Shown here piece after piece: positions 50,979-63,227 of a stretch of DNA of 64,000 nt. The position numbers and the translations under genes are program-made. Under the pieces are notes generated by a model. That model made no database searches and had not been told where the DNA came from. It saw nothing but the letters and a program-made list of their open reading frames with translations. The stretch is from Leucoraja ocellata (taxonomy: Eukaryota): NCBI GenBank assembly GCA_036785375.1, contig JAWMAR010000044.1, positions 2,852,001 to 2,916,000 on the forward strand, given 5' to 3'. The first letter of the stretch is position 1, and the number at the start of each line of letters is the position of its first letter.

Positions 50979-53599
50979 TTACAAATGCTGTTTAGTTATA
51001 TTCACAATGCCTCAGAAAATGAAGTTGTCCAGACCATGTACACCAATACCTGACCAACCTCACTGCCTGGCTTTATAGGTGGCAAGTAATATTTACACCA
51101 AATGTGCATGGGAGTAGTGACAATTTAAAACAAGTAAGGCTAACCTTCTCCTTTGATGTTTGTGGCCAAAGTGGTGTGTGGACGGGTGTGCATTTTTTTA
51201 ATGATATCCCAACATATTGCACGGCCAGGTACATTGCCAGCAACAACTGTACCTCACAAATGAATATACAAAGATGGAGATTTGTGCTTGATAAGACTTT
51301 GAGAGTGGTTTAAATTTTAAACAGCTAGCTTTTTTTTTAATATACTGCAGCGTGTTATTTAGATTCCGTAAATAGTTATCCCAATATCTCATTTTGGAAT
51401 TTAAATCAGAAACAACAGTCCGCAGGTTAGAAATGTATCTTTGGTTGAATAAACATTAAATTCTATTGAAGTCAATGGAGCCAAACTTAAAATTAAACAA
51501 GTTCAACAGATAAACAATACCACATTACGTATTCATGATGTCTATTCCCTATTGCCTCTGTATACAACTGTCTCCATAAAGTAGTTGTGAGATCTAATGC
51601 AACTCGTGTTAAAGGCTTGAATTACATATGAGAATAATGATGCTGCTGTTATGGATCAAACGGTTTGTTTATGGCAACGAAGACTAACTGAAAGATTAAA
51701 GACTTTTATCAGAAATTGTAGCCGCTATGAATGAATCAAGTGCCCTATGGTGCGAAAAAAAAGAGAGCTGCACTAATGTAGATCAAACAACCTTGGGTAC
51801 ATGCAAAAGTATCATAATGTCTTCAAAATCTGGGGTTCAATTCATCGAAGTTTAAGAGTAAAAACTGGCTATATTGAGTTCAAGGAAAGTTTACGGAGAC
51901 TATATTAGCTTCAGCCCAACTGATTATCCTATGAAAGGAAATAAGGACTATAAGAGCAGAATGAGTGATTGGTGACGTTTTATTTTGTTAACTTTCATGA
52001 AATTAAGTGTTAAAAGTGATTTTAGTTTATAATACAACCAAAGGGTTGAACGTGTGGTGAGGAGGAGGGAAGCCATTCAGAACTGTTGCTCAGTATGTTC
52101 CAAGTACAGTTAATTTTTAAGTATGAATTTGATTATTTTGGCACTGTCAGTAAGTTAAATTAACATTCCCTTTAGTAGTCAGCTTGTGTGGATTCCAGTA
52201 AGGTCCAAATGAAATGCACATTGGAGCAAATGAGAAAAAGGCTCAAAACCCCCTTGATTGACAGCTTCTTTCTGTTTTAGGGATTATGTCAGGATTGGGG
52301 AGGATTATGTCATTTACTTCAATTAACCCTTCTGTTTAACTTTGGCATTTTTAGTGTGCTGAGTTGCAATGAAGTTGAGACCTTTCACCTCCCTAGGAAT
52401 TATTACATTTTTCTACTTACACGTAATAAACAAAGGCATATTCGCCCATTTTAAATACTCAAATGCTGAATTTAATTTTTGATTCCTTCATTTCTCTTTG
52501 CTGGTGGTTCAACGGAGTGTCAGAGATGTTGATGCGGACAACAAGTTACGCGGGAAGATCCGCCCTCGAACAGTTAAAGAAAGTAACATCTGCTTTTGAT
52601 TTGAGGTCCAGTCAATGATGTTTTGACTGAGTCTTCTTGAGGACTTTTTGTACTTCATAGTAGTTTGTTGTTGAATAACAAATGAGTTTTAGATCAAGTC
52701 TTCCAACTTCGCCCCCACATATTGTAGGGGGTGGAGAAGGGGTTAGGTCGGGGTAGATTGCCGGGCTGATACATGGTTTAAGTTTGTTGTAGTGGCATTA
52801 GTTAAAAACTGAAATAGACCTTCACCATTTTCCTCAATGCAATTAAACAGCATATTTTTTTAAATCAATAGAATAGTCAGATTAATGTTGATGATGGACT
52901 ATTATTTCATTTAGTGGCAGTCGGAGACTTAACACCTAAAATACACAATACCAATGTTAATAGCATATATTTCCCCAGTTGTATTACTGGGGAATGCAAA
53001 ATCAGATACTGGTAACAGATACGATCAATTACTAATACCTGTACTTACTGGAATCAACAGGAATGTGAAATTCATTGAGGTACACAGGATTTTTGGGAAG
53101 TATTGACAGAGCAGATGCGCAGAGACCTTTTCTAGTTGGAGAATCCAGAACTAGGAGGAGCAGTCTCAAGGGAAGGGGATAGCCATTTAGGAATGAGCTG
53201 AAGAAGGCTACCCATACTATCCACTAAGAGTAAATGGAAAAGCCACGCAGAATTGATGTTTGAAGTAGCAGGCGATTTATAAAACTGGTGCGCACCAGGA
53301 GACCAGTCAAAGCTGATCTGCTGAGCACAACTTTGGTACACCTTTTATATTCTCAGTTGACAAGATTACACAGAAACTTGATTAACAACAAAACTAGGTT
53401 TGATTACAGAATGGAGGTTACAGAAATACTTCATTAGGTAACAAACTCGGTCTTGATTACAGAATGAAATGATTATCCACAAGTCTAACTTTGTTTTCAA
53501 ACTTTGTTTTTGGATAACTTCCATTGTGCTGTCTGGCTCTACCTTCATGCTAAATGGAATATAGTCAGAAAATGTCTGTCAATGCGACGTTGGGTAACT

Positions 53600-54790
53600 A
53601 TAAGGCACTTTGGTCACCTGCAGTAGCAGGAATATACCCCACCACGATATGTGAACAGAAAACCTTGTATATTCGTTATACTATCACTGCCTTCATGCAG
53701 AGGTTTAAACCTGGTCATACTTCCTACAAGAGAATTTGGGTGAGATTGCTGGTCCTTAATCCAAGTTGTTTCTAGAGGAATTCTCAGCTTCTCCAGTGTC
53801 CAGTGTCACAGTGTCCAGAGCCTAACCATTTTCAGCTGCTTCATCAATAGCCCTATTTCCATAATAAGGTCAGCAAGGGAAGATTTACTGACTACTGTAT
53901 AATTCCATTCCATTGCAACTCCTCAGAAAATGAAGCAGGAAAATGAAAGAATGTTCATGCACATGGCAAGTAACATCTGTGCTTGCAAATATTGTTCCAA
54001 AAAGAGAGAGTCCAATCATCTATCCTTGATATTCAACGGCATTACCTTTGTTGGGTTCCACATCACCATTCTTAGAAACTTAACAAGTCCTGCCACAGTG
54101 AAAACAAGGGGTGGTCAGAGACTTAGTATTCTGTGACAAGTTACTCTCCTCCTGAGAACCCGGATTTATTCCATTTACTGGACAGAAGTTCAGTATGTGA
54201 TGCAACACTCTTCATATACATGCACGAGTGCTACTCCAATAATACTCAACAGGCTTGACACTATCGAGACAAAGCATTCCACTTTGTTGGCACTACGTCC
54301 ATGACTCAAACATTCACTCACCCCAAAAATTGCTTATCTTCGCCATTTTCTATCAAACGTGTATACTATGCTACATTTATTCACCAAGAATACTCCAACA
54401 GCACTTCAAAATCTGTGACCTCTGCCACCACTAGTGACAAGGGCAATGGATACACCAGAACAGTCTCATCTCCAAATTACACACTATCTGGGTTAGGCCT
54501 TCATCATGACCATGTATAAATCCTGAACTCCAAACTTTATAACATTGGGCATTGGGAGTCTGAATAAGGGGCCCAAACTGACCCACTGAGGTACTCTAGC
54601 ACGTTGTGATTTTCTCATGTTTTTAACACCTGCAGTTCCTTGCACCATTTTATTTCACTGGAAGTACCATCTCCAAATGGACTACAGCTGTTCAAAACAA
54701 TGGCACAAATCACCTTGGCAAGGACAATTAGCAATTGGCATAAATATATTGTCTTTGCAAGTGACAATAAATTCACAAAACAAAATTTAA
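53600..54790 (+). mobile_element. Ancient decayed LINE (CR1/L2-like)
   Basis: Degenerate RT-like sequence. The 3' end ggactacagctgttcaa...caaggacaattagcaattggcataaat is also seen at 1630-1800. Confidence 0.5.
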
Positions 54791-54914
54791 AAAATAAACA
54801 CTGAGGTTTATAAAACTTTGGAATCCTTTACGTCAGGGTCTGTGAATATCTAGTCCTTTGTAATTTCAAGGCAGAGATCAATAGAATTGTGAACACCATG
54901 GGAATCATAACATA

Positions 54915-55736
54915 GGCTGCACCCTCAGCCCCCTGCTCTACTCACTCTATACTCATGACTGTGTAGCCGGACACAGTTCGAACTCCGACGACACCGCCAT
55001 TGTTGGACGAGTTATAAATGTTGATGAGTCAGAGTATAGGAGGAAGATTGATCGACTGACTAAATGGTGCCAGAACAACAGCCTTGCTCTCAACATCAGT
55101 AAGACCAAGGAAGTGATTGTGGACTTTGGAAGAGGAAGAATGAAGATGCACAAACCTGTCATCATCGACAGAACGGTGGTGGAGAGAGTCACAAGCTTCA
55201 AATTTGCGGGCGTGCATCTCTCGAAAGATCTGTCCTGGACCCAGCCCATCGATGCAATCATAAAGAAAGGACATCAACGCCTCCACTTTCGTCGAAGATC
55301 GAGGAGATTCAGTATGTCGACAAATACTCTCTTGAACTTCTACAGGTGTATAGTAGAAAGCATATTGACTAGTAGCATCACAGCCTAGTTTGTCAACTCA
55401 AGCGCCCAGGAATGAGGAAGAATGCCGCCCAGTCCATCACAGGTACTGGCCTCCCCACTATCGAAGGGATCTACAAGAGTTGCTGCCACAAAAAGGCATC
55501 CAGCATTATCGGACACCCACCCTGGCAAGCTCTCATTTTACTACTGCCATTGGGAAGAAGGTACAGGAGCCTACAAACTGTAACTTCCAGGTTCAGAAGT
55601 AACTTCTTCCCTACAACCCGGGTTGTAGGGAAGAAGTTCATGTTATTAAACACTACGACCTCCAAATAGGCCCGAACTATATGGACTTGAGGTCATTAAT
55701 TTTTTTCACTACTATTGTCTATTTATTTGTCTGTTT

Positions 55737-55788
<52 letters not shown>

Positions 55789-55925
55789 TGCACTTTTTGT
55801 TGTTTATTATTGGTGTTTTCAGAGTATTATGTTTACATTTCTGTCGTGCTGCTCCAAGCAAGAATCCCATTGGTCCGTTTTGAGACATATGACAATAAAA
55901 CACATTTTACAATAAAACACTCTCT
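54915..55925 (+). mobile_element. Rex1/Babar LINE fragment (RT to 3'UTR)
   Basis: GCTLSPLLYSLYTHDCVA...DDTAIVG; IVDFGR...ERVTSFKFAGVHLSKDLSW...NFYRCIVESILT; (AT)n at 55740-55787. Confidence 0.9.
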
Positions 55926-56320
55926 CGATATATGAATAAGGCAGAAAAGTGACTTGAAGAATCGGGTCAAATTGTAAAGGAGCTTGTTCTCATTATACTG
56001 TTAGTTGGTGATAGACTGGGATTGTGGTATTAGAATTAGTTGGGAATGATGCTGGCCCTAGAATTGGACATATAATTATTAAGATGCTCGTAATAAAAAT
56101 TATATTAACAATATGTTGCAATAGTATTGAATGACACATTTATATGTAAGTTACAATGGATCTACTATTCATAACTTGCATTTTGTTCTTGTATTGTACT
56201 AATGTCAGTAATACCTTGGCATAGATTCCTGTTTTGCAAATAGATATGAAACAAAATTCTGCTAATGGGAAGAGTGCATCATTTGTAATAGATTTCAAGT
56301 AACTGAAGTTACTAGCATTA

Positions 56321-56413
56321 ACTGGCTATGTTACTGATAACATACTGGCTGTAACATACTGGCTATGTTACTGATGACATACTGGCTATAACATACTGGC
56401 TACGTTACTGATA
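56321..56413 (+). repeat. Compound minisatellite (23-bp and 14-bp units, 37-bp period, about 2.5 copies)
   Basis: actggctatgttactgataacat alternates with actggctRtaacat. Confidence 0.85.
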
Positions 56414-57636
56414 GATTGGAATCAACACTACTTTGTTCATCCATTGATAAAAGAAAGAAAAGGATTTAAACTTATCAGTCTCGTGCATGTCCCGCTCATC
56501 AATAAAAATGTATGGTATCTGCTATCCATAATTTCAGGATCAAAATGGGTAATAGATCGAGATGAATGAAGTAATTGAATGTCTATACAATGGGACACGC
56601 TCTGTATTCCAAAAGCATTAATGGGCATAGCTTTTGTGATGTTGATCAATAGACCAAGAAACATACAAGGACAAATCTAATTTGGTTCATTAATATGAAA
56701 TATTTATATCCCCAAAATAATTGTAACTAGAGCTGGAAGAATAGAAATGATTATTTATATGTAAGCATTTTAGCTATTCTTTCTTGCTGTCAATGACTTT
56801 TCGGCAATACTGCAGTTCAAATAGAATTGCTTAGTTAGTCCTTCCTATAAGTTGTCCAAGACCCATTATCTATGAGCTGACCTTTCAACTTATACATTCC
56901 AACTATTAATGCAAATCTATACTGAGGACAGCATCAAAAGCACAACATTCATGTTATGACAAAGTAGCCAAAATCTCTGAATTCTAAAAATGAATTGGTG
57001 GTGCAGAGATTTCCAAAGTAATTGAATCCCTGTACTGTGAAAATAAGAGTCTTGTGTGTGGATGATGGACAGATATTGATTCTGATATTGATAGTGACCA
57101 AGAACTGATGATGTTATTGATTCCAGAATGCATAATTGCTTTATGTCAATTTAAGCATGGTTAAGGAGATAGTTTAAATTTATTCTTCAATCTATTTCAG
57201 GTCACCCAGTACCATAATTCTCCTTTAATCTTTTACTAGAAAAAGCGATGACCAGAAAGATTAATTAGTATAGATATCCTATAGGTATCAAAGCAGCATT
57301 TGTGTAAAACAAAATTCATCTTCTTGAATGTCAATATCTGTCTCTCCATCAATACGATTGTTATATTCTGTATCGCCACACATATTTTATCATCACTATG
57401 AACTATATCTTGATCAGGATCTTTTATTTTCATGAATGTCTGCTTTGGTATTAGTGAAAATGAAACACTATTTGGATGGAGGTAGGGGACTACATTAAAG
57501 CTGAGCTTAGTGCTATTCTCACTTAACATCCACACTTCTGAATTTCGAACAGGAATCAGGCAGTTGTGAGCAGGAATACTTGGAGACGTTGTCCTGGAAC
57601 TTAAGGTGCCGTCATTACAGTTGTCCCATCACTGCT

Positions 57637-57952
57637 TTAGTTTAGTTTAGTTTAGAGATACAGTGCAGAAACAGGCCTATCGGCCCACCGAGTCCGTGCC
57701 GACCAGCGATTATCACACACTAACGCTATCCAACACACACTAGGGATAATTTACAAATGTTACCAAGCCAATTAGCCTGCAAGCCTGTTCATCTTTAGAG
57801 TGTTGGAGGAAACCGGAGCTCCCGGAGAAAACCCCTGCAGGTCATGGTGAGAACATACAAACTCCGTACAGACAGCACCCTTAGTCAGAATCGAACCTGG
57901 GTCTCCGGCGCTGTAAGGCAGCAACCGTACAGCTGCGCCACCCTGTCACCCT
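57637..57952 (-). mobile_element. HE1/V-SINE
   Basis: Head, V-domain and tail. Confidence 0.9.
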
Positions 57953-59099
57953 AAATCATTTGCTGAATCAACCAATTCAGCATTACAAAATGGATTAATG
58001 GGAAGTGCTTTTATCAACACTCCTGGCACAGCATAAATGAAGGCAAAGTAAGCTTTTGCTTAGTGCTCAGAAAGTCTGAGATTTGGTGAATTATTTTAAA
58101 ATATTCATTGGTTTTCATATTGATATCTGGAAACTCAAGATGAAATATTTTGTACAATTTTAGCTGTTCTCTTCTGCGCCAGCTCATTACATGGGATTCT
58201 TTCCCCCGCCACCTCTTTTTATTATTATGCAGGACAATGTCTAATGTTATGAAGATATTTCCATGTGTGGGGAGATTTAACACACAGTTTGTGCCTGAAA
58301 AGCTCCAAATGTACAAGACTAATGGAACTTTAGCTGAGTAAGGTACCACTGTACCTAGTATTTTTTTTTTTACTATTTTTTACTATTGTACCTATTATTT
58401 TCTTTTAAGTTATTTGTAATTTCCAGAAAACTTGAAAACAGGAGAACCTATCAATATTGGATCAGGGTAGGACCACCTACAAAGGAAAAAGCAAAGTAGA
58501 CATTTTATGTTGAAAACCCATCATCAGACCTCCAAAAACCTGCCTTACACCAATGTCAACTCATGCTGTTCCTAGATTTCTCTGCTCATATTATACTCAC
58601 GTAAAGTCAGGATACCCAAGTATTAATACAGATGAAAGGTAGAGGGTTTTTTCATGTTGTCGAGGCTTATAAGCCTGAGAAAATATATAACACCTATCTG
58701 AGGACAATATGTCAGGATGAAAATTCAGTGGACAAATTCTTATCATAAACAAAGGATATGTTTGACATTGTAATGAATTTCACGTTGGAGCCAAATGAAA
58801 AACAAAGCCAATTTTGTGGTGTAGCAAACTTAAAGTTGATGAAAAGAAAATGTAAGTGTTGAAGTGGAGATTTATTTTTAGTGGGTTTTCCAATGGAAAA
58901 TTTAGTATGATGTTATATTTGGGGAATTTGGGGACATATCGCAGCCTTGCAATTCTGCCTTTTAAACCCAAAATAATTTATCTTGGCAAGAATGCTGATA
59001 ATTCAGAACTGAACATTAAGCAGGTCTAGACACACCAATACATTGTCTTGTTCCTTTCATCAAGGTTAGAAAACTTGGTGCATCATTTTAATTTAGTGA

Positions 59100-59580
59100 G
59101 TGGTTCAATGGTTCAACGTTTCTTTATTGTCACGTGTGCACTGCAGAGTTAAATCTTCTTTGTATTGCTTAGACATGCACAGGTTGTCATATTTGGGTCC
59201 CATTTACACAAGGAAAAAGTCCAAGGTCCAGTCCACATGCTGGATGTACTGGAGAGCCCCTGATCCAGATAAGCCCAGGTAGGCCTCAGGCTGTTGCAGG
59301 GCCTCCTCCAATGCCCCTGTACCAACATCCCTCTCCTCGCTCAACCACCCTTGTGTCCCGGGGGTGCCCCTGCAGCTAACCTTGAAGGCGCTTCAGGCAA
59401 TACCCCAGTCCATCTTCTACCGGCCCATTCCTCTCATCCAATGTCACCCACAGCTCCCTCCTCCTCGACTCGCTGGTCTCTGGGGCCGAGCCTGGCGGCT
59501 TCCGAACTTCACCTGCAGGCAACGGCCCAGCGAGTCCTCCATCGTTCCCAGCTGCCTGCCGGGTTCTTCGCAGCAAATGG
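59100..59580 (-). mobile_element. Diverged GC-rich Rex1-tailed element
   Basis: (tggttcaa)n tail with tttattgtcacgtg; GC-rich body. Confidence 0.5.
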
Positions 59581-60177
59581 AACATTTTCTAATTAACAGT
59601 CTACTCTAATTCTATCCAGCAATACAATTTTTTTAAGCACACAATAGAAATGTAACTGTGAGTACCACATGGGACCCATGAAATCCTAGATAAACATACA
59701 GCAATAATTACATTATAAATTTGCTAAATTATCATTTGCTAAATGGCTGTGTTTTTAGCAATCGAAATGAAACATCAATTGCTCTTTTTTTTCTTTCTTC
59801 AGTCCACCAATCCCCGTTATCTCAAACTTTATTAAAACCTTAAATCACAAAGGTTCCTAATGTTAACAGCAAAGGCATTATCTCCTTTAAGATGAATGGA
59901 TGCACACCCCTGTTAAGTATCACACTGGGAAACATCATGTGAATGTGTTGAACATTCATCTGCTATTATGCTGACAACGGGATGTAACCTACGTTGCTCA
60001 CTTGACCTTGTGAAAAAGATTTATTTCCATGTACTGGAAATAAAAATCATTACGCTGCATCATTGAAAAGCTAATTCCACAGAAGGATTGTCTTCAGGAA
60101 CAAGTGTGAGGACTTGGTTTCTTTGCTCTCTAAATGAACTTGACTGGTTGCCCAAACTCTCAAGTTTTGCACAAAAG

Positions 60178-60262
60178 GGCACAAAGGCTGGAGTAACTCA
60201 GCGGGTCAGGCAGCATCTCTGGAGAACATGGATAGCTGACATTTCAGGCATGGACCCTTCAA
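60178..60262 (-). mobile_element. Penelope-derived unit, truncated
   Basis: gctggagtaactcagcgggtcaggcagcatctctggag. Confidence 0.75.
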
Positions 60263-60410
60263 GCCATTATACTCTCACTGATTTCTCCATTAACACTGGT
60301 TGACCCAAAATGAGCAATGGAAGTTCTTGCACATTTTAGGGCCACATCACTTCCCAAAATTCTTTACAACTCATAATGCGTAGATACTGCAGCGATAATG
60401 CAAACCTAGT

Positions 60411-60561
60411 TCGTTCGCACGTGCGTCAGACGACGTATTGCGCGCTGTTGGCTTCTGTCGTTGTCCAACATGTTGATAGAATTGGTCAACCGACACGTCA
60501 CAGAGTTCATCGTGTGGTCGTTTCCGGGGATCGCCACGAGGAGGCTTCTGTCATGATCCCC
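60411..60561 (-). mobile_element. 151-bp CpG-rich non-autonomous retroelement with 5' HDV-like ribozyme
   Basis: Perfect 13-bp TSD atgcaaacctagt at 60398-60410 / 60562-60574; 3' stem-loop and a (GAAC)-like end. Confidence 0.85.
60500..60561 (-). ncRNA. HDV-like ribozyme fold (catalytic C apparently mutated to T)
   Basis: GGGGATC-ATG-ACAGAA-GCC-TCCTCGT-GGC-GATCCCC-GG-AAACGACCACACGA-TGAA-CTCTGT. Confidence 0.75.
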
Positions 60562-60578
60562 ATGCAAACCTAGTAGTT

Positions 60579-60975
60579 ACAATACAATACAATACAATAC
60601 GGTTTTATTCGTCACATTGCACATAAAGTGCAAGTGAACTGAATTTGTCAGCAGCGGTACAATGATAAAGAACACACAAACTCAATAACATTTTAACACA
60701 AACATCCACCGCAGCAATCATCACTGTGGTGGAAGGCGCAAAAATTGACCAGTCCTCCTCCATTTCCCCCCGTGGTTGGGACCTCAACCCTCCGCAGCCA
60801 TCGCTGTCGGCGTCCAAATGGTAAAAGGACAAGGTAAAAGTCAAGGGAAGTCCAGAATCGGCTCTTCCCCACCAGAGACCGCGGCTTCAGGCCGGTGTAG
60901 GCCGCAGGCCAGAGGTCGAAGATTTAAAGTTCCCGCCGCGCCGCGGCCAGAAGCACCGCAGACCGCAGGGCCGAC
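60579..60975 (-). mobile_element. 5'-truncated copy of the GC-rich Rex1-tailed element
   Basis: Highly similar to 29320-29640; (CAATA)n tail. Confidence 0.75.
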
Positions 60976-61329
60976 AGACGAAGCTCAGTTTAAGCGCCAG
61001 ACTAAGTTTAAATGCAAAGAAAAAACACTGGAAGATCTCAGTGGGCCGAGCAGCATTTGTACGAGGAAATAAATTGTCCACATTTTGGGTTGAACAAGAC
61101 CAAGAATGGGAAAGGATGATAACCAGTATAAAGAGGACAGGGTCAGGGGCGAGGCAGGTGCTAGTAGGTATTAAGTGGACCAAGAAGGGCTGAAGTATGG
61201 TGGGCAGAATGAGACAGACAGTGTGTGTAGGGGTGAGGGGTTCAGTTAGCAGGCAAATGGCCCATAATTAATGGCAAAACAATCTGCTTTTATTGGGTTC
61301 ATTCGCTTTGGTCATGAAACTGGGGATTA

Positions 61330-61572
61330 CCTTTAGCTAAGTTCAATTTAGAGATACAGCACAGAAACTGGTCCTTTGGCCCACCGAGTCCACAACGCCC
61401 ATCGATCCACAAACACCAGTACTATCCTACACACTAGAGACAATTTACAATTGTTACCAAAGCCAATTAACCTACAAATCTGTATGTCTTTGGTGCGGGA
61501 GGAAAAGCGGAGAAAATTCACACGATCACAGGGGGAATGTACAAACTCCATGCAGACTGCACCCCTGGGTAG
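61330..61572 (-). mobile_element. HE1/V-SINE (head truncated)
   Basis: V-domain and tail. Confidence 0.8.
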
Positions 61573-62079
61573 GATATGTGTCCTCAACAACCAATGAAAT
61601 ATAATTATTATCTCAGTTTAACATCTTACTCAAAAGCCTAGAAATTCAGCCCTGACAAATGCATTATACAGCAGCAGCTGCAAATTGTTCTCTGCATCTG
61701 AAATACATCGCATTTAATGCTATTGGCAAACTGATGGCTTGACCATGTCTGTGCACATAAAAATGTTTTACTGTTACTGGAAAGAAAAGGGTGTCGCAGT
61801 TTACTCACAAACAGACTGATGGTCTGTTGCCTTACAGCAGAACAACACATCGATGTAAGATTTCAATTCCGAAACTCCTTATGATTTTCTGAGGCTGTGG
61901 AGTCCATTAGCACATTATGCTATCTTACTTTCCAATGTTTGCGCCTTGTTTTGTTTCTATACAACCAGATTAACAGAATTGCTGAACATTTATAGAAGGG
62001 AATGTGTTTTTAATCTTAAATAGCTATCCATCCTGAAGTAAATAGTGTTTGGTATGAATTAATCATCAGACTGCAAGAA

Positions 62080-62590
62080 GGCGTGTGGTATGATTGTCTT
62101 CATTGCTTGGGGCATTGAGTGCAGGAGTCAGAAAGTCAGGTAGCAGCTTTATTGGACTTTTGTAAAGCCACATTTGGAGTAGTGCCATGTAGTTCTGGTC
62201 ACCCCAATACAGGAAGGATGTGGAGGCCTTGGAAAGGGTGCAGAATGATGCCTGTTTTAGAGGTATTGGTTACAAGAAGAGGTTGGACAGAATTGGTTTG
62301 TTTTCTCTGGAATGCTGGATATTGAGGGAAGATCTGATGGAAGTATTATATGATTACGAGAGATACAGTCAGAACCTTTCCCAGGGTGGAAATATGAAAC
62401 ACTAACTTTAAGGTGAAAAGTGGGGCAAGTTTCTTGCTCAGAGGGTGGTAGGTGCCTGGAATGTGCTGCCAGGGGTGATAATGGAGACAGATTTGATAGT
62501 GGTGTTTAAGAAGCTTTTAGATAGGCACATGGATATGCAGGGGGTGGGGAGGTATGGATTATTTACTGGCAGATAAGAGATGGTCTTGGC
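62080..62590 (+). mobile_element. CR1 3' fragment
   Basis: EALERVQ...GYKKRLDRIGLFSLEC..LREDLMEV. Confidence 0.8.
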
Positions 62591-62782
62591 ATGTTTCATA
62601 TTTTTTTGCAATATTATAAGGGATCGTTCAGACCATCACGTTTCTGCAAATCCTGAGTGAATCCACAGCCACAGTCCACAGCCTATTCTATCTCACATGC
62701 CCATTAACTTTCCTCTGATTTTCTTACCATCCACCTACTCTAGAGGTGGAATAAGTTACCATTTACCTGCTGTGGAGGTAGG

Positions 62783-62852
<70 letters not shown>

Positions 62853-62900
62853 ATTTTATTTGTATGGCGCTTTTCAAGGACTCAAAGTCGCATGTCACCA
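62783..62900 (-). mobile_element. L2-type 3' tail with long (ATT)n microsatellite
   Basis: Reverse complement reads ctttgagtccttgaaaagcgccatacaaataaaatgt(att)n. Confidence 0.75.
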
Positions 62901-62914
62901 TCCACCATCTACTG

Positions 62915-63227
62915 TAGACTTTAGACTTTAGACTTAAGAGATACAGCATGGAAACTGGCCCTTCGGCCCTCTGGGTCTGCACTGACCAGTGATCATCCCA
63001 TACACTAGCACCACCCTACACACTAGGGACAATTTTCAGAAGCCAATTAACCTACAAACCTGTTCGTCTTGGGAGTGTGGGTGGAAACCAAATCACCCGG
63101 AGAAAACCCACGCAGTCTCAGGGAGAACATCCAAACTCTGTACCGACAGCACTCGTGGTCAGGATCGAACCTGGGTCCCTGGCTCTGGAGGACAGCACAT
63201 TTACCGCTGGGTCACCGTGCCGCCCTG
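62915..63227 (-). mobile_element. HE1/V-SINE
   Basis: Head, V-domain and (tttagac)n tail. Confidence 0.85.

Noticed and set aside
50507-51053. 163-aa and 104-aa ORFs with GERR / SPLL repeats
   Set aside because: Translation of a minisatellite inside a MITE
52743-52853. 36-codon minus-strand ORF or possible last coding exon (...FLTNATTTNLNHVSARQSTPT*)
   Set aside because: Weak splice acceptor, no recognisable homology and no partner exons found
60376-60573. 65-aa ORF, and an RTE-like 'PPRGDPRKR' peptide on the minus strand
   Set aside because: The ORF spans the TSD. The sequence is better explained by the HDV pseudoknot starting exactly at the insertion boundary.
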